From the NCBI GenBank assembly GCA_008632985.1, contig QPGO01000023.1, positions 403,266 through 467,265 of the forward strand: a DNA stretch of 64,000 nucleotides. The letters run 5' to 3'. The DNA comes from Psammoneis japonica (lineage: Eukaryota). The notes under the pieces are model-generated. The model was not told where the DNA came from. It saw only the letters and a program-made list of their open reading frames with translations, and searched no databases. The translations under genes and the position numbers were made by a program. Positions within the stretch are counted from its first letter, which is position 1. Each line of letters starts with the position of its first letter. Shown here in pieces: positions 26,726 to 40,100 of the stretch.

Positions 26726-26995
26726 CTTCTTGGTTTGAGCCAAACGAAAGGTAAAACGAACAACAGGCTTGTTCTTATGAAGGTTGGACTTTTCTCAGAT
26801 TGAACATTCAGTGCGGTCGCGGTTTTAGCGTTGCACAGCGGAATCATCTTGGAACGATTTTTTCACTAAGTTCTACTTTAGGAAGCTCTGTTCAAGTTCT
26901 ATTTCGGTATTTAGAGTCTGAATCACCGAACAATTCCGTTTGGACAGTGAGTGACGTTGTTTTAGTTTTGACAATTCGGGCTCCTACTATCTCTG

Positions 26996-28102
26996 CTAGT
27001 AGTCCTGTTCCAACCCTGAGAAGAGTGCTTGCCAATTGTCGCCCCGTCGTTCCTTTCCACTCACAAGATCTGATGTAGCTGATGTCTGCTTCATGATGTT
27101 ACTCATTCCAACAGCATTCAAGGACTTGCCTGTATCGGCGTCGTAGCACTCGAAAGTAGCCCTGCCCGTAAGCTGAGGATAGTTTGTTGCTTCGATACAA
27201 ATGTTTGCTACATCTCCGCGACTGATTCTTCCGGATTTAGTATCTCCTTGATTCAATTCTAGAAAAGATACTCCTTGAGCGGGTTCTTCTGTTAAACCAC
27301 CGGGTCTCACAATGGTATACGTAAGCTTCTCGGGTAGGTTTTTGTACATGTTACGAACCTCATCCTCTCCCTTGATTTTCTCCGCCATGATATTACCAAA
27401 GATATTCAAGAATTTGTAAACGGATGAGTCAGGTTTTGACACTCCACCGGAACTAAGTATAACCAAATGAGGAACGTCACCTGCAATGGCTGCCTTGGCA
27501 ACATTGACCAAGCCTTCATTGTCGACCTGAGATGGCTTACCACCTTGTTTCGAAGCGGATGCAGCGAAAATGATTGCACGACAACCCTCGACAGCGCTTC
27601 CAATCGTTTCTGGAACTGTAACGTCACACACCATAGGCCTGATTAGATCCTTTTTGTCTCCCATAGCATCAAGATTGTTATATACTCCCAAGCGACTTGT
27701 GGCTCGGACAGGAATGTTTTGTTGGATACAACTTTCTACGCAACGCGTCCCCGTGCGGCCGTTTGCCCCGACAACACAAATGGGTGCATCTGCTGCATGA
27801 GCCACTCTCGGCTCACCAACAACTGTACTGGTAATAAGTCCAGTCAAAGCAGTGGTAATCTGAGCAAAGTTGCGACGTGACACAGACGTTCGCTCCATGA
27901 TGTTGTATGAATCCTCATTCTCGTTTACTTGACCAAGCAGACACCAACACGACTGTCTTTCACCTTGAGACCAACGAAAAGGACTGTTTGTCTTAATCGA
28001 AAAACTACGAAAGGCTGTGGCACTTCTTGCGAGCAAAGCAAAGAGAAAGTACCTCGCAAAACGCAGCGCCATTTTTCTCATCATGGCCATGGTCGTGCTC
28101 AT
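26996..28102 (-). CDS. Atypical SDR / NAD(P)-binding Rossmann protein (TIC62/NmrA-like), plastid/thylakoid-targeted
   Basis: CVVGANGRTG, VDNEGLVNVAKAA, YTIVRPGGL, GRISRGDVA; ATA-F presequence then SRRNFA...AHA twin-arginine-like signal. Confidence 0.85.
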   Translation of the reverse strand: MSTTMAMMRKMALRFARYFLFALLARSATAFRSFSIKTNSPFRWSQGERQSCWCLLGQVNENEDSYNIMERTSVSRRNFAQITTALTGLITSTVVGEPRVAHAADAPICVVGANGRTGTRCVESCIQQNIPVRATSRLGVYNNLDAMGDKKDLIRPMVCDVTVPETIGSAVEGCRAIIFAASASKQGGKPSQVDNEGLVNVAKAAIAGDVPHLVILSSGGVSKPDSSVYKFLNIFGNIMAEKIKGEDEVRNMYKNLPEKLTYTIVRPGGLTEEPAQGVSFLELNQGDTKSGRISRGDVANICIEATNYPQLTGRATFECYDADTGKSLNAVGMSNIMKQTSATSDLVSGKERRGDNWQALFSGLEQDY

Positions 28103-28236
28103 TTTTTGTAACTCACGAAGATTGATGCGAATGACGTCATCCTCATTTTTCTCCCGCCATTTTCTGCTGTCCGCCCGCCGGCCGTCAGCGATCGCGCCGT
28201 CGCAACAACAAAAAAAAAAAAAAAAAAGGACGGAGC

Positions 28237-28671
28237 ATGGCGGTCAGTTTCAGAAACAAGCAGCGTCTCTCAGTTTTGCCATTGTTCCTAATACTCCTAG
28301 TATGTGGGTCTAGTGGGTTCATCACTGATCCCGTTCGAATGAACAGAAAATTGAGTCGAGAAGTAGTGTTTTGGGCGCGTGCTTCTTGGGCTCGGCGGGT
28401 TCGTTGCGTCAACCCAATTCAGTCGACATTGCTGTTTTCCATCCAAGATGAAGAAAACGACGATGGCTGGGATGACGCGCAAGAGAGCAAACTGCAAGAA
28501 GGCTCGTCGGCACAAATATCTGTAGAACCAAGAGCAGGCGAAGAGCGTGATTTGTTCATTCCCATTTTCGCGGTTGTGTCCCTACTGGGTTTGTTCGGAG
28601 CATATGCGTATGAAATGGTGAGGCTTGCATCTCGAGGTGAATTGTACTTGCCATGGAATTTTCACTTGTAG
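28237..28671 (+). CDS. Small putative plastid membrane protein, head-to-head with the SDR gene
   Basis: Signal peptide SSG-F, acidic linker, C-terminal hydrophobic helix LFIPIFAVVSLLGLFGAYAYE...LYLPW. Confidence 0.65.
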   Translation: MAVSFRNKQRLSVLPLFLILLVCGSSGFITDPVRMNRKLSREVVFWARASWARRVRCVNPIQSTLLFSIQDEENDDGWDDAQESKLQEGSSAQISVEPRAGEERDLFIPIFAVVSLLGLFGAYAYEMVRLASRGELYLPWNFHL

Positions 28672-28753
28672 ATCTAAGAAGGGACCCTAAATGTAGAGAG
28701 AAGCTAGAAAGCACTCATTTTAACAAGAGTTTACGCCCTCTCTATATTCAATA

Positions 28754-31700
28754 TCAAACATCGTGTTTTGATGGGCTTGCTAAAGCTGGTCGGTTCAGTT
28801 TCTGGATGCCATCGAATTGACACTGGCAATTGCATCCACTTACGGGGCACACATCATGATTTGCAAACCAACCGACAAGGTGATGAGCGTGTCCGCCATG
28901 CTTGCACCGCATACACCACGTGAACCATTCCGCAAACGGGAGATTCGCCAAACGAGTCATGTCGTCGCCTGCCTGCAATCCAACCCCAGGACGTACCTGC
29001 CGGTTTCCTGCTCGTTTCAGTTCTGTATAAGGATTCAAGCACCCCAGCGATAATAAGCAAATAGAGCATCTTGGTAGAGGTTTCCTACATCGAGGGCAGC
29101 ACTGCAAGACTGGCTTCAGCTTGTTTAGCCACTGATTTGATATCCCAGCTTCACGCCTGAGCCCAGACAACGGCATTGAGCAGTAATTACATCTCGCTTC
29201 CAACTGGGCAGGTACCAATGGTAAATTACTCCCAGCAACAGCAGCTTGCTTTGGGGTAGGGCTTGGATATGGCAGCTTTTTCGCTCCCTGCGATCCCCTG
29301 CCTCGATTCTGGTAAAGCGATCCTCGGAGCCCTGGTGCTTGTGCATCTTCAGCTTGCCGTTCCTTGATATGGCGAAGGAGGCCGGCTCTATCAACATCAA
29401 ACATTGCCCTCGATTGCCACATTTGCCAAGTATTTAGCAAGTCACGATAGCATTCAACAAACTCAGAACATGTGGACCGCTCGGAGGCCCAGTCCGCAGG
29501 CATCACCACACGGCTGCAAACTAGCGCTGCTGTCTGAACATCAGCAGATTTGTCGACGTATGACTGCAAGATGGCAACGCCGTTTCGTTCCAAGCCCGTC
29601 ACTGTGCAACCCTCTAGCTTTCCTGTCTTTTGAGACATGTCAATAACACCCGCAAGGTACGATTTCAGATCTCTCCGTTCCAAGAAACGACACGCAAACG
29701 CCACCCTATCGCAAAGACTAAGGTATTCGTCGTGGAGGACTTTGTCTAGTCCATCCTCGGCACCAACACTGATAAGGAAGGTGCACAGGCCACGAAGGTA
29801 TGAAACGCCGCTTAGTTTCCTGTGGTCTCCATTGAGTTCTTCTCTTGCAAGCAGATTTGTACACGCTCTTCGCCAAACAGAAGACGAAGATGACGAGGGA
29901 TCCATACAGCTGTACCCTGCAATGCACATTGATACCAACTGGAGAGTCTCGGCATAACGGAGTGACTCAGACGATTGGGCTACTTCATCCGTGTCCTCGT
30001 CGGGAGATCGCAGAAAATCAGAGCCACGTTGTAGCGCTTCAACCGCGGCGCCGATATCGCCGTGCCAAACAGCCAAGGCCGCCGAGCGCTCAAACTCGCC
30101 GAGAGCTTCACAGTCAGCAAGCACGTCACCAATCTTGTACTTTCCAGCCCATCCACAAGCCGTCAATGCCGCACTGTCGAGGAAAATGGGAGAACCATAG
30201 AAAAAAGTGAAATGACCCGCTTATGTAGAGCAGTGAAAGCAAACGAAAATATACTCACCGTCTGGGAGCACTGTCATACGTGTTACAAAACAACGAGTCC
30301 GAATAGGTTGCTTCCTCTCGTTCAGCACCCGTTTGATTTGCACCATCCATCCCGAGTAATTTCCAAACGCCAGAGTCGATCAGCCCCTTGGCAGTCCAGG
30401 GGTTGTCTTCATCATGAGTCACGGCTTCATACGAACACAGAGACTCGACCCGTTCAATCCAACTCCACAACCTCAATAGTTCTTCGCTGTTTTGCTGCGA
30501 TACTGGTGTAGCGTCTCCTCCGGAGTTCTTTTCTTCAGAAAGCATTTGAATATTGGCCGCCGCGTCCATGGAATAGCGAGTCGTGCGGAGGCAACGGGCC
30601 CGACGCATCATGGTTGCCGAAATGTCTTCGTCGTGACGATACCGTAGGTTTTCCATGGCTGAGGGTCCTGTAGCCGTTGCAACAAAGGAGAGACGCACTA
30701 GGTGAGATACTCATGCAAAATTGCAAATAACCAGTATCAATCATGCTGCAACTCACCTTGATCGGTAGAACCAATCCATACCGTTCGCCCAAGGGCGTGA
30801 ACGACACGACCATCCCTCCTCGAAATAGCCAAGGGCGCAATCCTAAACTTGGGCATGTCGTGTATCGTGCCGTCCGACAAGGCCACCAACATGCGATGCG
30901 ATTGCAAATCGTTTTGTTTATTAACAGCATCTTGTTGTTTTTGTTGCTGTTTGGTTTGATCCTTTGTTTCTGGTGATTTGGCAGCAGCCACTTGATGTGT
31001 CGGCGCGGTTGTTGTTGTCGTCTTGACTTGCTGATGAGTAGCCATGTCCATTATCGGCCCAGGAGCATGATTGATGTGTGTCAGTACCGGTCTGGATCCC
31101 GAAGAAGTCGTGTCGTAGTGTCGAATGGTATCCCCAATCGCCACACAAATTGTACCCGGATTCAAAAAGGACCATCGAATAGTGGAAACCACGGGTCCGT
31201 CCAATCCTGTTGTACCAAACAAGGACATGTACCCCGAACCACTACTGGTCGCTGGAGTCAATTCCGTCTCGGGCACTGCCGAATCATTGGTCTGTTGCAA
31301 AGAAGCAACCAGTCCGCTTGTTTTGATTTCTCCAAGACACGAATCCATTCGTCTTGCATCCCACAGCTTGACGGGTTCTCCTACACTCCGACTATATGTG
31401 GCAAAGACATTGGGACGGTGTGGATCGACATGAATGCCATTGACGCCTTCATCGTGTGCAAACGTTGAAATGGGTGGAGAGTTGGTACCCGAGACGCGCA
31501 AATCGTAAATTTGGACAGTTCGTTGCTGGCAGCCCACTGCCACGTTTGTCCGTCTTGTAACCACGCCAAGGAGGCGACTCCGGCATTGTGTGATAGTTTG
31601 GTTACAGGAGTCTGTCCAGTTCCTGTCGAAACAAAAAACAAAAAATATTATTGTAAGAGTGGGTGTTCGGATGGATTCGGCATATTCAATACACAACTCT

Positions 31701-32670
31701 CTTTAGCATACCTTTTCCAGTAGTCCGTCCTTGTGTTTCAACATCCCACACTAGACAACAAAAGTCACGATCTCCACCCCCCGCACGTGATCCCACGACA
31801 CCCCGTCTCATACCCGACGATGGTCCACCAACGTGTCCAATGGCAACATGATTGGTGGGAGAAGGTCGCCACGCCACGGACGATGCCAATCGTGAATGAC
31901 GGGCAGGTGCAAAGTACTCCAGAGAGGCATGATGATGATTCCACTCGTTATCGTCGAGTCGAAAGGAATGGATTCCAAGTGCTCCCGTCGTGAGACCCGT
32001 GGCGCATTTTAACATCTCACCACCAGCAGAGCTGTTTGGTTGCATGGATAGACAGGTGCTTGTGACACTGAGACCCAATTGTGGATTCCTCGTGACACGG
32101 CCAAGGTAGTGCTTTGAAACAATTGGTGATCTCGTCGTCTTGCTTCAATATCGGTAACGAGATTTAATTGTCGCAATTCGCACAAGACGGGTCCCACCTG
32201 CGTTGTGTTGTTGAGGATGATGAAGGTGATGGTGGTTGTTGCTGTGTAGAACTGCTAGAATTGATGCAGGCATAAATATTGGAGTGCACGGGAGAATACT
32301 GAACACGCACCGGTGCTACCAGTCGACGAGATGTGGCTGCAGATCGTGGTGAATTCCCGCGTTCTTGATGATGTTGTTCTCCAAGACTTGCGCTTCGTCC
32401 GCGTTGATCTTTCGTTTCACGTTCGGAAGATGATGTAGCTGCAGCAGAATGAGGAGAGCTGTACAGACTCGAATTTTTGTTTGATACACGTTCACTCTGC
32501 ACGACATTTTTCGAATAATGTGGACTCGATGATAGCGACGAACGCAAATGATGAGCCTGTCTCGTTGCTGCTGATTCCGATGCCGTCAAAACGGAGGATA
32601 CGGCGCCGCTGAACTTTACGCGAGCCAGTCGAAGAAGAATCAGGACGAGAAGATGGTGATGGATTTGACA
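28754..32670 (-). CDS. MIOS: GATOR2 subunit MIOS/SEA4 (WD40, alpha-solenoid, C-terminal RING); multi-exon, 5' end uncertain
   Basis: WD40 repeats (CLVWDVE, IYDLR, KLWDAR), EDISATMMRRA, ILQSYVDKSADVQTAA, YRDLLNTWQMW..RA.FD, CPRCRKPLPRCSICL, WFTWCMRCKHGGHAHH...CPVSGCNCQC. Confidence 0.88.
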
Positions 32671-33180
32671 TTTTTATTTCACTTTTTGTAGAGCGACACA
32701 CACGGCGGTTTCGTGATACACAGCTGGGGTTTGCTTTGTGAACACCGCGACAACGACACCAAGTCTTCGTGTGTATTGTTGCTGTCGCTCATCGTCGTCG
32801 CCGCGATCCGCGATCTTATCTTTTTTATTTTTCTCGAGATGATATCGCCTGTCCATCTTCCGTCGGTCTTCTTAGAGACGATAGCCTGTCCTTCTTCCGT
32901 CGCGCTGAGATTTTTGATTCATTGGACTCAACTCTCGGCGGGACTCACGCAAAAAATCGAAAAATCTGAAAAAATCGAAAATCGTGGCTTCTACGTAACT
33001 TACCAGTATGAATTCTACGTGCGGACATTGGCAGGTGCGTTGAGTGCGGCACAGTGGCGGCAGATTTATTTTTCTCGAGAGAAGAAGAACAAAGAACGAA
33101 GAACGAGACGCTGTTTGTTCTTGTTGTTATCATACTTCGTACAAAGAACCACTCAACACATCTCTATCATTGCACAGACA

Positions 33181-36100
33181 ATGCCGTTTGAAAACCCCGC
33201 TGCGGCGAAAGGATGGGTCAAAGGCAAAGACCCCAAGACGGGTCGTGTGTTTTATGCCAATCACGTGACTCGCTCGACACAGTGGGACCCGCCCATGGGA
33301 TGGGTCGACGAAGAGTCCTTACCACCTCCACCGCCTCCGCCGCCTCCTCCTCCGAAGCAAGATGACGATTTGCCTGCCAATTGGGAAGTCATGCATGATC
33401 CAACCACGGGCAAACCGTTTTATGTGGATCACGAATCGAAAATCACAACATGGACACGACCTACCGCGGCGTCTACTGCGTCTCCCCGTGTACCACCACA
33501 GCGTGCAGCATCGCAGTCTTCGGTACTTGCCAAGCCATCGTGGTTTGAAGACACGGCTGTAGCTCCGGCTCCCGCTCCACAGCGATCCTATTCAGCTTCT
33601 TCCTCTGCTGCTTCCTATCAAAACAGTTGGCAACAAGAACAACAACACCAAGCCTACTTTAGTCATTCGCACGCACACGATGACGACTTTTCCGATGCAC
33701 TCCCCACGCTCGATTTCAAAGTCAAGAAAGTCCCCGATCACTTGCATCCCAAGTGTCCCAATTGCAATGTCCTCTTTACGTACTCGCTAAGACGTCATCA
33801 TTGCCGCTTGTGCGGAGATGTCTTTTGTGATTCGTGCTCGTCGCATCGAGTCGAATTGCCCCTGGAGGGTGCCGAATTCGAAAAGCCTGTGCGAGTGTGT
33901 GACTTGTGTTTTAAAGATGTCGACAAGGGAAATTTCTTTTCCATGCGACGATACTTGACGCCTCTTCAATTGTTTGATCCCAACAATAACGAAGACGAGC
34001 AAGACGAAGATGGAGTGGCCACGGCGAAAAATGTCGAGGCGGCCCTGTGTGCGCTCTCGTCGGATTTGGATTCCCTCTTGACGAATTCATCCTCGTTTGA
34101 AGAAAAAGTCACCATTCCTCCCGATGTATTGGTGCCGGCCATTACGAGGCACTTGCAATTGGCCAGCACATCGGATCGGGCCATTCGAGCCTTGGCGTCG
34201 CTCTTGGCGTTGGGGAGCATTGTCATGAATACCGAGTTTGCTCACTTGGTGTACACGACGGGTGGTAAGCCCGTGTTGGATGCCATTTTGGCACTCTTGG
34301 AACGGAGTGGAACCAATCGAAGAACACTTTTTGTTCAAGAACAAGCGGCGCGTGCTCTCTTTTATCTCACCGATTCGTCCGTTGTCTCGACATTGGCGTC
34401 GAGGGTTTCCCAACAAGACGATGAGAATGAAGTCAATGTTGACGATAATGCCTTGGATATCCATCGCGCTCTACGAAGCATGTTGGATCACGTGTCGGTT
34501 TCTAAAAATCCCGCACTCCAGCGTTGGGCGGCTGCGTGCATTCGCAATTTGATCACCGAAGACCAGCGTCGGACCTGTCTGGCGATCAACGATGTGGCTG
34601 CCGCGGTAGCGTCGGGAGAAGAACACAGCGGCGCCATTGGGTACGACTCGTTTTTACCCCAACTCGTTTCGACGGGTGGAATCATGATTTTGTGTAGCAT
34701 CATTGGAGCCGACGATGCCGACACGAGATCGCACGCAACGGGAGCTCTCTCGGCCACCATTGCGGCGACGCGGGCGATTGATTCCAGTTTGGCGGCGCTT
34801 TCGGAAATGACGGGTGGACGAGCGGGAAGTGTCGAAACCAAGGATGGGGCCATTGTACGAGCCATTGTATCGGGTGGTGGATGTGGTTCGTCCTTATCAC
34901 AGCTCTTGCTTTCGGCTGAAAATGCTGTGGTCAATATGGGATTGAGCTTTGCGTCGTCACTCGTCTTGCCACTCTTTACCGATCCGCGTGGGAGTATCTC
35001 CTTGCCATCGGATTATGATCCAGCCAAGGATCCAGACGGCTTGGGCGCGTGTCGCGAAGCGGCTCTGGCGATTGCCACGGGTGGCTGTTTACCGGCACTC
35101 TTGTCGGTGGTGCGCGATGCCGAACTTGGTGGGCGCATTGCAAGGCCGATTGAATTGAAAAAGTGTGCCATGGAGACACTTGCCGCAGTGGTGTTTGCCG
35201 TGGGACAAATGGGAAAGGCTCTCATTGGTACTTGTGATGATAATTCGGGACAAGCCTTGGCATCCTCTACATCCATGGCGGCGTCGGGTGTGAGTGACGC
35301 GATTGCTACATTAAACAAGGAGGGCGTCGTTCATGTGGCTTTGGCGCTGTTGGACTCGTCGTCGTCACAATCCCTCATGGCATCGCGTGATACGCCTTCC
35401 TCAAGAATTCGTGAAGCTGCCGGTATTGTGATTGCGTCCATGACGGGATGTTCCTCCGAAGCAATCGAGACGTTGCAATCCATGAATGCGGTTTCCGCCA
35501 TGCTGGCAGCGTCGAGTGATGCGGGAGCGGCGACACCTTCCACCTTGCGCGGTGATGGCGCCGTGCGTTGTTCGGGTATGTTGGAAACGTCGGCCGCCAT
35601 TATAATGTATGAATGGAAGAACCGATCTCCCAAACTCTTGGATCGGTTGCTGGAAGCCATTGACGCGGGTGCCGTCTCGACCGTGTCACGCATCTTGGCT
35701 TCTCCGCTGGACTTTGAATCTCAAGACAAGTCGGTGGGTGCCATGAAGGCACGAGACGCGTGTTGCCGGATTCTCTATGCCCTGTTTGGGATTGCTCGTA
35801 CCGACGAGACGGGAATTGGTTTGACGAGACTCTATCAAATGGTGGATACCGATTCGTATACCTACAAGAAAAAAGGAAAGCAGGCTCGCAACGCTCCACG
35901 AGACGTTACAACGACGGCGCTGTGGATTCTGCAGGCGGCGTGTGCTCAAGCCAAGACGGAGTTTGCGAGTGGAAACAAGGGTCCTCATTACAATGCAGCG
36001 CTTGTGGACTTGGTGGAGGCTGCCTTGCTTGCGGCGGGCAGTTTTTGTGGTTCTTCTGTGGCTCCGGGAAGTGGAAAGGGATCGTTGTTTAAAATGGTGA

Positions 36101-39100
36101 GTAACCGTGTAATCTATGAGTTGGAACGAAGGGTTGGATGGAATTCTTATCTTTAAAATGTAAATGCTGGTTTTTGCAGGATGATGTTCCCACAGACAAT
36201 GAAGACTTTAAAAGGCGAGAACAAGAATCCTGTTCCATTGCGTGTGACGTTCTCGTATACGGAACCAGACAACGACAAGCTGTGTTGCCCACTCTTCTTG
36301 TGGGTGGCTTTGGAGAAAGATCTGTTTCTGCTGCCTTGCGTCTGGCTTTGGCGGTAGCTCGGAACGGAACGGAGAAGGAACACGCCAAGCTTGCCATGAG
36401 TGGTATTCTAATTCCCATCAATGACATGCTTCGTGTTTCTCTCACGGGTAAGTTTTTGTCTACATAAATCGATTCCACTTGACAGCGTAGAAAGTGTTGT
36501 TTCTCACCGGCCCCATCCTACTTTTGTCTACAGATGGCGATTTGTTCAAATTCACGGCATCGCTTGCTGTTATCCGATTCTGTGGTCCACATATTGCCGC
36601 TGGAGAAGGCAACGGCCTTCAGTCGGTGAGAGAATCTATTCGGGTTGCGACCAATGTGCTTACGCTTCCGGTAGATCCTAACGCCAGTATCAAGCAGATT
36701 GAGACTCAAGAGTCGCTCAAGTCGGAATGCATTAGTGCTCTTGAGGCACTCAGCAAGAATGCTTCCTTGTGGAATTCCATTTCCAAGGACGCCCTCCCGT
36801 CTGTTGTCAACTACCTTCATAGTGGTGAGATGGGGTTGGCAAACCAATGTCAACGTGAAACGCGCTTGGCCGCACTCAAAGCGGTGCAACGAATCATCCA
36901 ACTGCCTTCGCATACTCTTTCTGCAGCCCAATGTGGAATCGCCGAGCCGTTGGCCAATATCATTGCGTCAAACAGAAAGAACGACGACGAGAGCGGTGGT
37001 AATGTGCTGTTGCGAGCAATGGAGGTACTACACGTTATTTCCCGTAGTGATGACGCAAGACGAGCAGCTCATCTTTTGGAATGCGGAGCTGTCGCTGCAG
37101 TGTGTGGCGCTGTCGGTGACGCTGCAACTGATAATCCAGAACAGCCAACCGACCCTCGTGCCGATATTACCTTTCTTGGACTGGATATTCTCCATTCCGT
37201 GTTGTCCGACATTGAGCGCTCCCTCGCCGCTCCGCTTGTTTTGCAGTCTCCAGCCGCCAAGGCCTTTGTCGAGTCGGTATCAAACGGGGCAACCTTTGTC
37301 CGGGCCCTCTGTGCCACACTCCTTGTTGGTACAAAGACGAAAATGGATAGCTTTAAAGTTCCTCCGCTTTATGGGCCGCAACTTGTCCACGTAGACGAAA
37401 AGTGCGCAGGATTCAAGGACACGCATGACGCCGCGAATTCGCTTTTCTTCATGTGTGCTGTGTTTTGCTGTGCGATTGAGTCGCCTTCGAGTGATTTGTT
37501 CTGGAACAATGCGCTTTTGCGAGAAAACGCTGGTGAGGTGGAGTCCGCTGAACGTGAAAAGGCTGCCGCGGTCTTGTGCGCCCATCTCCTCGTTCTTCTC
37601 GGTGACGATGAATCTGGGCCTTTTGTTCCTTTGTCGCCAAAGAAGAAGCAAGACTATGCCACGATTTTCCGACCGCTCCTTCGCCATCGGCTTCTGGACG
37701 AATTGAAGGAATTCATTGTCGAGAAGGAAGATTCCCCGGTACTAGCGCCAGCATACGAGGATGACGACTCGTACATGTTGTGTCTGCTGAAAGAATTTCG
37801 TGTCCCTCAGCAGTGTCTTTCTCTTTGCAAGGACCAAGCCTTGTTGGGCCCTTCGTTTGAGTTGATCAAGTTGCTAATGGACGAGTACGCAGACGATGTC
37901 CCTAACCTCTTCATTGACAACAAGGCTACCGTGTTGGCTCTTTTTGATTTGTTGAATATCGAAAGTTCAGACGAAGTCTCAAGTGAAGCAGTTGACGATA
38001 TTCGGGCCACAATTGCATCCATGTTGGGCACCTTGGCGGAACAAAGGTTGCTTGCAGAAGCCGTTGATCGCCTTGATGTCCGTTCTAGCGCGATTGCAGC
38101 GCTGGCTGCAGCTTGCCTTGCTGAAGATGAGCAGGGCTCTTCAGCGATGCACGACGACGAGGATGATGACAAACCCTCAACGTCAGCAAGAATGTCAAGC
38201 AGGTGTATGCAATGCATGGTTGAGTTATGTGCAGCTGAGAATGCTCCGGAAGACGCGACCTCGAAAGTAATGCACCTAGCTCCACAAGAGGCGGAAGCAA
38301 TTGCTTCGAGACTTGGAAAGAAGATTTGTCAAATGGTCATTTCTCGCTTCTTGGAAAGGGCCAAGCTTGAACAGTACGAAATAGAAGACGATGAGCTCAT
38401 TACGGAGGCGCCCGACGTGAAGATGCTCTGTGCTGTAGCCCAGCATGACAACGCTTTGAAGACGCTTTGCTCTTTGGGTGGTCTCAATGCTCTGAGTTTG
38501 ATAGCCGCGGAAGGTGAGCTTCAAGCTATTTTGTCAATGCAGAAGGCTTGCGAAGACGACCCCGCGGAGGTACTCAAGGTCGACGGACATTTGAATGTCA
38601 TGGAATTGTTTGGCGAAGACAAGGAACATGCTCATTGGCACTCATCGGAAGGAGACAGCCGCCGTATCGAGGAAGAGGCATTCGGGCTTCTGACTAGCAT
38701 TTGCACGGGGTCTACAAAGGGCAAGAGAGCTGTTGCATCCGCTGAACAATGTGGCCATTGCATTGCACGTGCTTCCGAAATAATCTCGGTTTTAGTGGCC
38801 GACTCAGACGTTGACGCAACTGACGAAGAGGAAATCGACGATGTTCCTGAAGCTGCTGATAATGGAGACGAGAACACGGATGAAGAAGGTTCGGAAATCG
38901 ATGACAGTGCACCCGAGGAAGAGAAAGCCAAAAGCCCTGACGAGCCTACGAAGAAGCAATCCCGGGAAATAAAGGCAGTCGTTGACGATCCCGGTCTGGA
39001 GATTGCTGCGTATTTGTTCCTTTCACAGCTTTTGTTCTCCAAAAAGTGCCGCGGAACCATTCTTAGAGATTCCGCCCTTTTGGAGGCGTCTACGGCTGTG

Positions 39101-39913
39101 GCTTCGCAGTCTACCTCTCCCAAATTGCAGTATGCGGCGGTGTCGTTTCTGACCAAGGTTGTACCGTTTGTAATGAGCTCTGGTGTTGACGCTGCTGTCT
39201 CGCCGGCAGAACTCGCGGAGGTTTTCCACTCTGTTTTGAAGGGGTCTCAGGACCATGAGGCGCCATCAAAGCCGACAAAACGGGGAAGCGCACGCGATGT
39301 GAATAAGCTGCCCAAATCCACGGGATCGGCCAACAACCTTCTTCATAGCGCTGTCATTTCGGGAATCGAAGCTGTTTTTGATTGTGTCGATGCAGATGTC
39401 CAATTGGCTCTGCTGCAGGATGTGTCTTCTCGGTTTACAAAGTTGATCAACAGTTTTACGGTTGGCCGAAGTGTGGCGTCCGAGTGCGATCGAAGCAACG
39501 GTGGTCTCTTAGCCTGCAACTTGACGTCTCTTATTGTTCTCGCCCGTGCAAAGGACTCAGCCCACGATGTCCTATTGAACTCGGAATTGGCCATGTCCAT
39601 GGTCCGCCTTGTTCAGTGGCACTACGATCCGAAGCTATCGGCACAGGAGAAGACTGATATTTTTTGGAAGGCTGCCGCTACGCACAGTCTTCAATTCTTA
39701 TCGTTTGTGAGCCGAAACGACGACACGTTGGCAAGGGCTGGCGTTCGTCTGCAAGACTTTGTCGGGGCTTCACTGATGGTATCGAGGCCTGGAAAGGCTC
39801 CGCGAAAAGCGCCCGACTTTGTTTTTGCCCTCAGAAGGGCTGAGGAAGAAGGCGTGGCTGCGAATGCTGTTGCTGCTAGGCGAATCAAAGAGAGGATCAG
39901 CTTGCTTGAGTGA
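33181..39913 (+). CDS. Large WW-WW-FYVE protein with long ARM/HEAT-like helical region (~2200 aa); 3 exons
   Basis: [28 protein letters not shown] and [31 protein letters not shown] (WW); [17 protein letters not shown]...VRVCDLC (FYVE); introns ~36097-36179 and ~36448-36533. Confidence 0.85.
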
Positions 39914-40100
39914 AACCCGCGAGATGACTATATCCAAAATATATGAAAGCCAGAGGCTAAAGCAGACACGTTTTAGAGGTAGTATTTTAACTTGCATATC
40001 AAAGAAGCTATGGTAGGGCATTACCATTGAATCTCTTGTTGTTGTTAGAATTACTTCCCAGATCCCAGACGCGTCAACTTCGCTTTTCGGGAGCATAAAA
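39900..40100 (-). pseudogene. Duplicated 3' end of the carbonyl reductase gene plus its downstream flank
   Basis: 39900-40095 aligns with ~42643-42826 (cttgcttgagtgaaacccgcgag...ctatggtagggcattaccatt..atctcttgtt); encodes LPKSEVDASG versus LPKSEFDASG. Confidence 0.8.

Noticed and set aside
32713..33180. N-terminal extension of the 1147-aa ORF
   Set aside because: Non-ATG start and promoter-like sequence; ATG 33181 directly precedes the first WW domain
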